This document shows positions 10,898 to 21,996 of a stretch of DNA of 46,446 nt, piece after piece. The DNA lies in contig NC_068983.1 of the NCBI RefSeq assembly GCF_001194135.2, forward strand, positions 122,569,834-122,616,279, given 5' to 3'. The DNA comes from Octopus bimaculoides. Taxonomy: Eukaryota. Numbering within the stretch: the stretch's first letter is position 1; every line of letters begins with the position of its first letter. The position numbers were made by a program, and so were the translations under genes. The notes under the pieces are model-generated. The model made no database searches and was not told the DNA's origin. It saw only the letters and a program-made list of their open reading frames with translations.

Positions 10898-12184
10898 TTA
10901 GGTTGTTCCTAAAATAATGGTCAATTTCAGAAAAACAATTTTACTCTGGAAAATTAACAATAGAAATGTTTTGATTTGTCAAAGTATGAGCCGTGAACGT
11001 CTATGCATCTCTGCTATCGATCAACGTGATTATTTATGCTTCGTTGATAAAAACTTATTAGCTTTGATGCTAAGAAATCTTTCAAAGCTGATTCCATCTC
11101 TGGTTTTGGACCTGAAAGTTTTATAACTTACAAGCGTGTTTAAATGCTTTAAAAAATGGTAGTCAGTGGGTGAAAGATCAAGAGAATATGGAGGATGCGG
11201 TAAAGTCTCGTATCCCAAGTCTGTGAGTTTCTGAAGCACCATTCTTGCAACATGTGGCTTTGCATTATCGTGGGACAGAATTGGGCCACGCTGATTCACC
11301 AATGCAGGTCTCATTTTATGCAAGTGAGCATGCATTTCAGCGAGTTGATTGCAGTAAACCTCTGCTGAAATGCTCTGATTGGCTTCCAGAAAGCTGTAAT
11401 GGACAACACCAATTGCAGACCACCAGACAATCACCATAGTCTTTTGCTGATGCAACTTTGGCTTTGGGAAATGTTTGGGGGACTCATCACGATCATGCCA
11501 TTGACCTGATTGTTTATGGTTATCATAAAGGATACACTTATCGTCACAAGTGACTATTCGGTCAAGAAAACGAGCATTGGTTTTTTCGCAGAAAGAGCAT
11601 CGAACATACTTCAAAACGCCGAACATTTTGATTTTCATTGAGCTCATGTAGTATTTATCGAGCTTTTTCACCCTACCAATTTTCTACAGATTGCGTGTGA
11701 CCGTTGTAATACCAACACCAAGCGCCTGAGACATTTCTTTGACGTGGGTTTTGTTCAACAATTGCTTTCAATTGTTTATTGTCAAGACTGCACAGACCGT
11801 CCTCTACCTTCTTCATCTTCAAGGCTCTCATCAACACTACGGAATTTCTAAAACCACATTCGTACTTTGCGATCACTTGTGGACCCCTCTCCCCATGCTC
11901 TGTCGATATTCGGCATCAGTTTGATGTTTGAGCAGCAGTTTGGAAGACATTGTGCCCAAGCTTGAATTGACGCAAGAAAAGTAAGCGAAGGTTCTTTTTT
12001 GTCATGTTCATAATTAAAGGCGCCTATGCTTCAAGAATGTTTTCTGTCTGAAACAAGTAGAAAATTATTAAGGAGCATACATCAATTAAGTATTTTGAAA
12101 TTCACCTAAAATATAATTAAAATGCTGATAAAATTGCATTTCAAAATAACACTCAGAGCGGCCATTATTTTTGGAACAACCTAA
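10898..12184 (-). mobile_element. Full-length decayed mariner transposon (Hsmar1/cecropia-like TIR)
   Basis: TIRs TTAGGTTGTTCC(T/A)AAAATAATGG, TA TSD, 1287 bp. Confidence 0.95.
10955..12005 (-). pseudogene. Mariner DD34D transposase pseudogene
   Basis: FLDRIVTCDDK, HDNAKPH and HPPYSLDLSPTDYH with D-34-D spacing. Frameshifts split it into ORFs 11673-11876 and 11030-11671, and there is an internal stop near the C-terminus. Confidence 0.93.
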
Positions 12185-12197
12185 TATATATATTATA

Positions 12198-12626
12198 GGT
12201 GCAGGAGTGGCTGTGTGGTAAGTAGCTTGCTTACCAACCACATGGTTCCGGATTCAGTCTCACTGCGTGGCACCTCGGGCAAGTGTAACCTTGGGGCCGA
12301 CCAAAGCCTTGTGAGTGGATTTGGTAGACGCAAACTGAAAGAAGCCCGTCGTATATATGTGTGTGTGTGTGCGTGATCGCGTGTGTATGTATGTGTGTGC
12401 ATGTGCGTGTGTCTGCGTATTTGTTTGTGTGTCTGTGCCTGTTCCCCCACAATCACCTGACAACCCATGTTAGTGTGTTTAGGTCCTCGTAACTTAGCGG
12501 TTCCGCAAAAGAGACCGATAAAATAAGTACTAGGCTTACAAAGATTAAGTCCCTGGGTAGATTTGTTCGACTAAAGGTGGTGCTTCAGCATGGCCGCTGT
12601 CAAATGATTGAAACAAATAAAAGAAT
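12198..12626 (+). mobile_element. tRNA-derived SINE with internal (GT)n (second SINE family; resembles octopus OK/OR-type SINEs, from memory)
   Basis: Head GGAGTGGCTGTGTGGTAAG..GGATTCAGTCTCACTGCG, CORE-like GCACCTCGGGCAAGTG, (GT)n, and 3' tail ..GAAACAAATAAAAGAATA. Confidence 0.85.
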
Positions 12627-12643
12627 ATATGTGCGTGTATGTG

Positions 12644-14393
12644 TGTAACGGAAATGCAGTTCGTTGCAGTCGAGGGTCACCAATGTAACGGTAATGGTTG
12701 AAGTGGAATCAGTGGTCACCAGTGTAACGGTTGTTGCTGCAGATGTGCAAGATGAACGAAGAACGGTGATCGAAGTAGTAAAGAAATATTTATTTACCGT
12801 TACTTTAATATAAGCCATACCTCGAAGGGTAGGTTAGTGTAATAGTATAACACAGTTCGTAAAGCATGCAAGGTAAAAAAAAAAGTTAATTTCGGCCTGT
12901 ATATGTGTGTATACGATCTTGTAGCAGTATATAGACAGAGACCTAGGGTCTTACAGAGACGTGTTGTGTCTAAGAAGGCGCAGGGTGCATGGAAAACAAG
13001 CAAGAGAAGCATGGTGTGGTGCAAGAATGTGACAGTATAAGCATGCAGGTGCATGTATGAACGTTGTGTGGTGCAGCAAAAGAAATGAATTGTACAGAAA
13101 TTAGTAAACAAAAGGTGGAAAACTTAGCTGGAAATAGTGCCCTTGTTAACAGTCTATTGCTGAAAGTGAAAAAAAGATGTGCATGCAACGAAAAAGAGCT
13201 GTTGAAAGTCGATATGAGAGTCTTATATATATGAAAAAGTTCGTAGATAATGCAGACGAAAAGCATGTGTGCCAAAAAGGTTGCATGTCCGGGCTTTCGT
13301 ATTTTCTTCCAGTTAAATTGGGTTCCATGGTCAGCGAATTCTTTCTGCGTCAGCAGGATTGCATTGTAGTGAAGTTAATCACAGTTTGCATCGCGGTATA
13401 ATGCTTTTTGTTGCGCGTACTGTAACAAGTGGAACGAGGGCGCATCTTGGTAGTGACGAAGATTGTCGTTCTTTTCCTTAGGTTTAGCGATTGTTGATAT
13501 GAACACTGTAGTTCTTTAGTTCGAAGTCAACAAAATTCAGCGGCATGTAGCATCAAAAGGAAGTAATTCTTTCTAGACGGGTGACCAATGTAACAATAAT
13601 AGCATTCGTTGTTGCATCAGTAGGAAGTAGTTCTTTCTAGTCGGGGTTACCAATGGTAGACACCGTGGTTTTACGAGAAGGAATGAGTGTTCTTAGTCGG
13701 GTCACCAATGTAACGGCTTTTGTTAAGGTGTGGGTTGCCAGTGTAATGGTTGTAAGATGAACGAAGAACAGTGATCGAAGTTGTAAAGAAATATTTATTT
13801 ATCGTTACTTTAATAAATGCCATACCACGATGGATAGGTTAGTGTAAAACATGCAAGGTAAAGAAAGTTAATTTCGGCTTGTATATGTGTGTACACGATC
13901 TTGTAGCAGTATATAGACAGAGATATGCTAATATTACAGAGAAAAGAAAGTGAGCTAGTGAAAGTTATAGAGTCGAGGAAGGTTGTGTCTCATAGTTGTC
14001 TGGTTGTAACCTTCTTTTTCCCTCTGTTCCTTTGTCTTTAGTGGCTGCTTGCTTGTGACCATGACTCTAGATGTCCGTTCACTAACTAATTTTTCCTTGC
14101 CAAATTCTGGTATTTATATCTATCCAAAACTAGTTAGAAAGATAGACATATTATTGAGAACAATAGATTTCGTTGGTGGTACCTGTTATCTCAATTCTAA
14201 CTTTTGGTGGCCTAGAAGAGGTTAGAAGGGTCAAGTGGCAAGGCATTATTCTGCTTAGTGAAGGCACATGGTAAAGGTAACTGCTGTCACACAAAAAAAC
14301 TATTGCTTTACCATGAGAAAAGTACTGTTGAACTGTTAGGTGACATTTGGCTATCGAGGATCTAATCCACGAATCCTGCATGAAGCCACTACA
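12644..14393 (-). mobile_element. Solo-LTR-like or LTR-derived element (family B) with internal duplication and repeated PBS-like modules
   Basis: Minus-strand termini TGTAGTGG..CCGTTACA, TATAAATA ~270 bp in, AATAAA in a duplicated ~190-bp block (13756-13923 and 12750-12940). Flanked by (TG)n and (TA)n. Confidence 0.7.
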
Positions 14394-16612
14394 TATATAT
14401 ATATATATTCGACGTCGTCGTTGGTTTTATCCCGTATCCGAGAATTTATTTTCTTCTTTACTGTACACTTCCTTTATGGTGCTGTCGTTGACAATTTTGT
14501 TGACCAATTCTTACGTGAAACTCAGAGTAACAGTTCTGTGATTATTTTGTAGCTTTAATAATACATACATACATACATATATATANNNNNNNNNNNNNNN
14601 NNNNNNNNNNNNNNNNNNNNNNNNNNNNNNNNNNNNNNNNNNNNNNNNNNNNNNNNNNNNNNNNNNNNNNNNNNNNNNNNNNNNNNNNNNNNNNNNNNNN
14701 NNNNNNNNNNNNNNNNNNNNNNNNNNNNNNTATATATATATATATATCAAATATTAATTTTGTATGTATTGTGGCGGAAATTTCATTCGAGCCTTTCGGT
14801 CCCTCTCAATGTAGAAAATATATTCTCTATTGCAAAAATTGCCTCCATCCTTACCCACATACCAACTGTCTCTGGTAAAAATTTCTGCAACCATTTCTCG
14901 TGTAAATATTTAATTTAGAACAAGGTCGAAATTGTTCTGTCTCTAACCATGCGTTATATCCGCATGTATTTATAAAGCGATTAGGTTTTCTTTTTCTTTT
15001 TTTCAAATAAATTTCTTTAATCTTTAAGTGAAAACAAATATAAAACTTTGTATGCATTTAAAGAACTCTACGTCACTTCAGATTTCTTCTATACAACTTT
15101 TATTGGACTAGTATTTAAAGAAAAATTATATTTGTATCGACAGTGTTCAGTTCAAAATAATGACATCTATAGTACAAGTTGCGTATACCTACAGACACCG
15201 GGGAAGACGAAGAGAGAAAGCAATACGATTAGCCAATCTGGTGCGTTGTGAAATACCTATCACAGGAACCTGGCCAGAACCTGACGTATAACAGGAAAAT
15301 GAAATGAAACACTCTGCTTTACTCACGCAAATTCCTCAAAATTCGGAATCGTCCCTAAGACCGAAACAAAAAACAGGGCCATTGAAAAACTAGATGGCTC
15401 CCTAGAAAAACCTATTGGCGGGATTTTTTTCCGGCTGAAAGAATCGATAGAGTGACTCTACTCAGAAGGCTGTAATCTCATTTGACAGGAAACCCGATAT
15501 AAAGAATATATAAAACAAGGCTATGACTTTAAATACCTTTAATCTGACCACACGTATATATACAAGCTGAATGATAAATGAAAATGGTTTGATGCGTAGA
15601 GGCCATGGTCTTTTCCTGTGCGTTACCTCCTATCTGCTAGCTGGCGTGTCGTGTGAGAGATTACGTCATCACAGTCTCGCGTCCCAAGGCAGAAAGAGGA
15701 AGAGATGAGTCTCTGAACCTTAATGTCACGTAATACCCTCTATTGTCCAGCTTGTTTCAACCTGCTATCAAAGGAGGTAACTGCGACTACAGAGCCCTCC
15801 TTATACCGGTAGCGGTCGATTAAGAGTAGTGTAGGCGGAATAGGTGTGCACTAGGAGGGCGCAGAAGAACTAACCATGGCAAAACAGTTGTATGAACAAT
15901 TGAAATCGGAAAAAATACGATGCAAGTATGTACAAGGAAAAGGTTCAGCAAAGAAAGGTGTCCAGTCAAATAGAGAAAAGTATATATGTACAATGATAAA
16001 GAAAGAGAGAAAATGTGAATGCGGTGTCTGTAACAACATAAGTCTGTTCTCCAGAACAGTCACTGGCGAGGCAAAGTTAAGAAATGTAAATAGTCTGAGA
16101 CACAGAACATCTGACATGCAAACGTGATAACAACTGTCCAGGAAACTGGAAATCACAGGATGCAAAAGTCAAACTGCTTGAGATGCAAAAGTCAAACTGC
16201 TTGAGATGCAATGTTGGTTGCTGGGACATGAGTAGTGCCAGAACTTTGCCTGCAAGGGCAGTGAGTCGCTTGTAGTAGAAGAAAAGTGTTGTTAGTCTGC
16301 AAAAGCAGTAGGTCACTTGCAGAGGCTAGTGTTGCAAGCTAGCAAGAACGGTGGGTCGCTTGCAGAGGCAGGAGGTGCTAGCATGCAGGAGCAATGAGAA
16401 AGCAAGATCCTAGAAAATGGTGCATGCGTATATGAACATTGAAACAAGTTAACATATAATATACACAATATTCAAAAATATGTACATACATAGGTAAAGT
16501 CATGAATAAGGAAGTGATATGCAAAGAAAAGTGAAAAAAAACCCAAAAAACAATCAACTGAAATGCAATACAATGCGCAGGCAAAGAAAAGTTCCAGTCT
16601 TTAAAGCAGAGT

Positions 16613-16807
16613 TCAATTAAGTTCGAAGTGGCCAATATGTCTAAAGGTGTCATTTACGTGACGATGCATCTTGGAACGCTGACATTGTAGACAGGCACGT
16701 GACCAAACAGTAATAGACCGGCGCATATTCGGCCAGAAAAAGCGGGCCGAGATGAGTTTTACTGTGGTCGCAATGCCGGGGTGTGACAGTGAATGCAGTG
16801 CTTCCAA
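16613..16807 (-). pseudogene. Gypsy integrase N-terminal HHCC zinc finger; catalytic core absent
   Basis: LHSLSHPGIATTVKLISARFFWPNMRRSITVWSRACLQCQRSK. Confidence 0.9.
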
Positions 16808-17387
16808 ACAGCACGACGGTGATTTTCAAGAACAAGGGGTCGTAATGACTCAGTAGAAACATCGCAGAGAATGGTTCCTTCAGAAAAAAAGGCAGAGGCA
16901 GGTATTCAAACTTGCAGCAGGAAAACTGTGGCGAAGAGACGTCCAGAGAGTCTAAGGAGGGTTGGTCAGTAGCCGTAGCAACCAAATCAATCGTAACAGG
17001 AGACGACAATGCACCGACAGGCAGGCGAGATAAGGCGTCGGCGGGGATGTTGTCAATGCCAGCGATGTGACGAATGTCACTAGTGAACTGTGATATGTAG
17101 TCCAAATGCCTTGTTTCGCTGGGCGAGTACCGGTCCGTTTTGGCAAAGAGAGCGAACGTTAGCGGTTTGTGGTCGGTGAAAATCGTGAAATCTCTACCTT
17201 CGAGAAGATAAGAGAAATGCTTCACTGCCAGGTAAATTGCTAAGCGTTCTTTACCAAACATACTGTATCTCAATTCGGCATTTTTCAGCTGGTGAGAGAA
17301 GGCTAATGGCTGTCTTCGGCTGTTGACAGATAACTCTAAAACTACGGCAATAGCTGATGGTGATGCGTCTTCCTGTAATACCAGCAA
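16650..17387 (-). pseudogene. Gypsy RNase H domain ORF
   Basis: DASPSAIAVVLE..RYSMFGKERLAIYLAVKHFSYLLEGRDFTIFTDHKPL..NIPADALSRL. Confidence 0.92.
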
Positions 17388-18190
17388 ATTGAAGCAAGAG
17401 GCGCACGTCCGAGCGAGAAGCAGCGACGTCCGGTTCTCCCTTCAGTATGATTCCATGAAAACGAATGGTTCCTGCACATGCGTGCGACATAACGGGTCAG
17501 TTCTTCAATGGCCCGCAAGATTGCGGTGGATTGCATATCGTCCGGTTCAGAAGAAATACAAGCTTGAAAGGAAGACGAAGAAGTGCATCGAGGCAAAGGA
17601 AAGGGACTCATGTTTAGAGGATAATAAGAACGGAACGTCACGAAGAACAAGCTAGTTGAAAGAAACGCCGTTAAAAATAGCAGTCAAATACTCTAGTAGG
17701 AAGAGGACACGACGAGCAGCGAACTAGGAATTTTTTTTTCAGTGGCAGAAGATGAAAGTAGAAGTCCTTGCTAACGGATTAAGAACAAAACATGGCTAAC
17801 ACATGGATAATCCGGGTGGTTGATAGAAAGAAACTCATACATGACACATAGGAAACATTTGTTGTCCTTGTGAATTCTAGAGAATATTCTAGATAATTGT
17901 TTTTCTTTTATTTTCACAAGCAAGAGGAATACTCCCCTAGGACACTGTGTCTTCAAAGGACCAAGTTGTAAATCCAGTTACAATACAAGGAAAAATGATT
18001 TGCAGTTTCCTGCTTGAAAATGGTGCCAAAATTTTCTGATGAAGAAGACAATATGGCGACGAGAGACATCGGTGGTATGCTCCTATATGATGAATGGCGG
18101 TCTGGTCGCGGAGGCGAAAAAAGGAATACGTATTCACTGGTCAGAATTCGTCCGAGGTTCACCGTTTTAGAAGGAATTGTAGTGTGCTGC

Positions 18191-18202
18191 GTCGGGTCAC
18201 CA
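18191..18202 (-). promoter_or_regulatory. Primer-binding site complementary to the tRNA-Trp 3' end
   Basis: TGGTGACCCGAC compared with the metazoan tRNA-Trp 3' end ..GUCGGGGUCACCA (one C fewer). Confidence 0.75.
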
Positions 18203-18244
18203 TTTTAGATAATACAGTTCTATATTTGAGAGATGAGGAATTAT

Positions 18245-18430
18245 GTACCTTATGTACATTTGACGGATATTTGTCCTCTTCTTGTTGTTAATACAACGTT
18301 TCGGTTGATATACTCTCCAGCCTTCATCAGGTGTCTTGGGGAAATTTCGAATCTGGGTTCTCATTCCTAAGGTATTTTTCGATGTTGTTGTTATTGTTAT
18401 TGTTGTTATTATTATTATTATTATTATTAT
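18245..18430 (-). mobile_element. Hammerhead-bearing SINE, copy B (head missing beyond the (AAT)n)
   Basis: Aligns with 1-140 over linker, hammerhead and tail, followed by (AAT)n. Confidence 0.82.
18290..18335 (-). ncRNA. Minimal type-I hammerhead ribozyme motif, copy B
   Basis: GACAC CTGATGA A GGCTG-loop-CAACC GAAAC GTT GTATT. The palindromic AACGTT is intact. One mismatch each in stems I and II, at positions that pair in copy A. Confidence 0.72.
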
Positions 18431-18431
18431 T

Positions 18432-18987
18432 GAGTGAGAGAGCAGTGCATGCCATCAAAGTGACACGGGTAAAATATACGAAACCCATTATACCCATCAT
18501 GACTACCCGTCTGATAAGGGTACATCAGGTACATGCATCACAACCATATGTACGCGACATGGTGATCTCATATCAAGATAAACAGCGCATGACCTTGTAG
18601 GTTGGGCCCAGTTAGAATTTTCTTCAGGTCGAGTAGCCCATCCTGCTCAAAAGGTCCCTGAATAAGGTTTGTTTAAGGATGTTGAGCAAAACACCCATGT
18701 TTCCAAATGTGAATTATTCAAACCCCAAAGAATTCCTCTCAACACATGGCTATGATTCTCCCCCACTACTTCTGCTCATGATCAGAGATGCACATATCGT
18801 CGGCCACCAAGGGACATGCTCAACTGGTTAAGGTCAAACAACTGACAAGCAAATCTGTGGTATTAAGCAGAATATTTGCTGTAGCCCATCTTTTTATACT
18901 AAGACAAAACAATGTACATGATTACACTTCCAATCAGTTAAGATCAGAAACCATGAGAGCCACTGCCTGGTACAGCATCGGACATCA
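18432..18987. mobile_element. Unclassified ~555-bp non-coding element embedded in (AAT)n
   Basis: Complex sequence sharply bounded on both sides by (ATT)n tracts. No recognisable ORF or TIR. Confidence 0.5.
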
Positions 18988-19189
18988 TTTATTATTATTA
19001 TTATTATTTATTATTATTATTATATTATTATTATTATTATTATTATCATTATTATTATTGTTGTTGTTGTTGTTGTTGCCTTTGCACAGCTTCTAACGCT
19101 GGAGATGTACTACAGTGTCAGCTGTTCACTACCAGTGAACTAAGGTAACACCTCTTATTTTCGAGCACCTTTCAGACCCAACTCTGAAA

Positions 19190-19497
19190 ACAGAGAGGAA
19201 GTTGTCACAGATCATGATTAAGAACAAGGACCACTTTATACCAATGAAGTACAGGCAGCTGACTCAACACTATAATAAACTACTACACATGTACTGTCTG
19301 CCTAAGATTCACAAGGATGGTATTCCATTAAGACCTATAGTGAGCTGCAGAGGTTCAGCATGTCATCCACTGAGCCGCTTCCTTGTGGATATAATCAGTC
19401 CATTAGCAGGTAAGTCAACATCGTACGTGTAGAATTCAATCCACTTCACAGAATTGATCAAGGATACTCCCATTGGATCCAACCAGATGATGTCTTC
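19190..19497 (+). pseudogene. Penelope-like reverse transcriptase N-terminal fragment
   Basis: MYCLPKIHKDGIPLRPIVSCRGSACHPLSRFL: the PKIHK..PLRPIVS signature of PLE RTs. Confidence 0.85.
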
Positions 19498-20960
19498 AGT
19501 CGCGGTTTTGCACAGCCTATATTTGTTATCTCTCAACGTTTTCTGTCTTTTATGCTGTAGGTACTTGGTGAAGATTTCTTGTGCTTGAATTGCATGGAGA
19601 TGGCCTTCTAAGTGGGATGTCATAAACTTATCGGTACCCCATGCCAAGTTTTTGATATGATCACTTCCTTCTGTGTTTTTTTTTTGTTTTGTTTTTATGT
19701 CAAATACCCATGGTTTGTTTAAGGATGTTGAGCAAAACACCCATGTTTCCAAATGTGAATTATTCAAACCCCAAAGAATTCCTCTCAACACATGGCTATG
19801 ATTCTCCCCCACTACTTCTGCTCATGATCAGAGATGCACATATCGTCGGCCACCAAGGGACATGCTCAACTGGTTAAGGTCAAACAACTGACAAGCAAAT
19901 CTGTGGTATTAAGCAGAATATTTGCTGTAGCCCATCTTTTTATACTAAGACAAAACAATGTACATGATTACACTTCTCAGTGAACTGGTTCATTTTAAAT
20001 TATTTTGTTCTCTTGATAGATTTCACCAATGCTCCTTGGGGAGAGTTCTGTATGAGCTCTTATTTTATATCTCTTCTCGAGTTCATTAGTCATCCTAATT
20101 ATGTTAATGATTTCATGATCACAAACATGGGCAATATAGCGACTGGTCTCTCTCCTCTGCTTCAGATACTGCTCCAGTGTTACAATATGTGCTTCATATG
20201 ACATCAATACAGATTTGAGACACGGCCACCATCCTTGCGTGGTAAGTATAGCCTGTCTACATCTTCATGGAAGTCAAACCGAGAAGCTTGAGAGTTCGAA
20301 CATCTATCTCATTGAGTCCTTGTAGTGACCAAGTCAGAAGGCCAAACGTAGGCGCGAGGACAGGCACTGCAAAGGTGTTGCGAGCAAAATGCTTATTGTA
20401 AGTCGAAACCATATTCTCTTTACACTCCTGGATTATTTATTCCCGGCCCTCTCCTTATTTATGGGTCCATCGTATCTGACATTCTCATCTTGTCTAAGAT
20501 ACCTATAATCGTTACTTGACTATAAGGTTTGTATTGTCAAGCCGTTCGTTTTCAGGTTATCAGGGGAGTGCGCAACTTTTCCACGTTTTATGATTAAAAA
20601 AATGCATATTTGGACTCACCAAATTTCATTTCCAATGTCTGTAAAAAGTTGGGAAATGAGGTCCGACTGCTTTTTTTACATGGTTGATATTTAACCCATA
20701 CAGTTTCAGGTCGACGACGAAGAAAAGATGAGAGATACTTCTGGATCCATTTCTTTGGCCACAATATTTTGTGAGCAGGTATGATAGTGAGTTTAATGAG
20801 ACCACGAAGAGTAACATCGACAAGCTATCACCTTGAAGACGCCTCTTTAGTAATGAATACTAACCGACTCGATTTACTCTTTACCACTCCTAAAGAGAAA
20901 AGTGGTGTACCAAGTGTTGTTCAGGTATTCAATAGCGCTCAGTAGTGGTTGTGGGACTTT
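19497..20960 (-). pseudogene. Dong/R4-clade LINE RT-to-zinc-finger remnant
   Basis: LQGDSLSMLLFVVSLN, ISHLFFVVDLKLY (YxDD region), DVDRLYLPRKDGGR, HAIQAQEIFTKYL..DNKYRLCKTATEDI. Confidence 0.85.
19712..19976 (+). repeat. 265-bp apparently identical copy of 18666-18930
   Basis: I found no differences by eye. Offset is 1046 bp. Confidence 0.9.
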
Positions 20961-21996
20961 AACTAACTATGTATGCGTGCATGTATGTATGAATGCACGT
21001 TTTTATGTATATAAATATGTTTGTATTCAATCATGTTTGAGGCATGTATACATATTAGCAAGATAGAGCATAGAAAAACAAAATACCTTATTGTAATTTT
21101 TAAAATCATTACAAGATCAAATCAAAATGGAAAATGTAATATTCAATAACAATTTATGTTTTTCAAATTCGAAGAGGGGCGATACAATTTCTCTTTCATA
21201 ATAATAATTGTCAATGAGTATATCGTTATTGCCCAAAATAAAGGTAATTTTAAATTCTTCTGTGAATATGCTGCAATGATTTTCTCCTGGCAATATGTGC
21301 AGAAGCTTGCTGACATATTTTTATAAACAGCGACGCAAATGGCAAAGATGTGTGTAGCATTATTAGTTCTCATGATCTCAGCTGATATATTTATTCCTCG
21401 CCTTAAAGAAATTTTCACGCTGCACTTTATGTCAGTCAATGAAACATATGCAGATGTCTCCTATTTATCAACTAAATCAGCAATTTATGGCCATGTCCTC
21501 GCTAACATTTTTTATCCTCACAATAAGAATTGAATTAAAATTAAACTGTAAGAATAACGCCAGCATCCTATATATCGTTCCAATTTTCGCTATTGACGGT
21601 AAAATTTAAAATAATATTACATCAACAATAATGTAGAAGAAAATTGTGGAATCACTTATATAAAGTCATTAACATCATTCTCATTATTACTATTTTTAAC
21701 AATAATAGTCAGCAGTTCGAGATGAGCTAACGAAGGAACTTCTACTAGGTTCCTTGTGCTACAAGAAATAGCAGTCAAATTTCCTTCAAATCACATGTTA
21801 TTGTTTTAAATGAAGACCACATGAGACGTTATAGTCCTTGATATGCAAACAAGACTGACCTTGGGGTAAATAGCACCATCAATAGCAACACAATTGTTTT
21901 TTTTTATGGTTGCCCAGAGATTAAGAAAGAGGAAAACTAGAATCATTATCAGCAAAATCAGCAGTAATGGTAATAACGAAATAATAATAATTATAT

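Larger units (their letters stand above)
15590..18202 (-). mobile_element. Internally deleted Gypsy (Ty3) LTR retrotransposon
   Basis: PBS TGGTGACCCGAC at 18191-18202, gag end (ICWYYRK), RNase H, integrase HHCC finger, then PPT-like AAGGAGGG followed by TGTAGTCG at 15791. The left LTR boundary is uncertain and no matching 5' LTR is seen. Confidence 0.85.

Noticed and set aside
12644-13750. CRISPR-like array (repeats with variable spacers)
   Set aside because: The units are few, irregular and degenerate, there are no cas genes, the context is eukaryotic, and they are better explained as LTR-end/PBS duplications.
14830-15530. Possible further LINE ORF remnants
   Set aside because: Translations were only vaguely L1/Tx1-like, with no diagnostic motif.
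21156-21533. Near-open hydrophobic 125-codon frame with one stop (MFFKFEEG..*..MAKMCVALLVLMISA..)
   Set aside because: No recognisable motif or splice context. About one such stretch is expected by chance across six frames of 46 kb. A BLASTX or RNA-seq hit would revive it.
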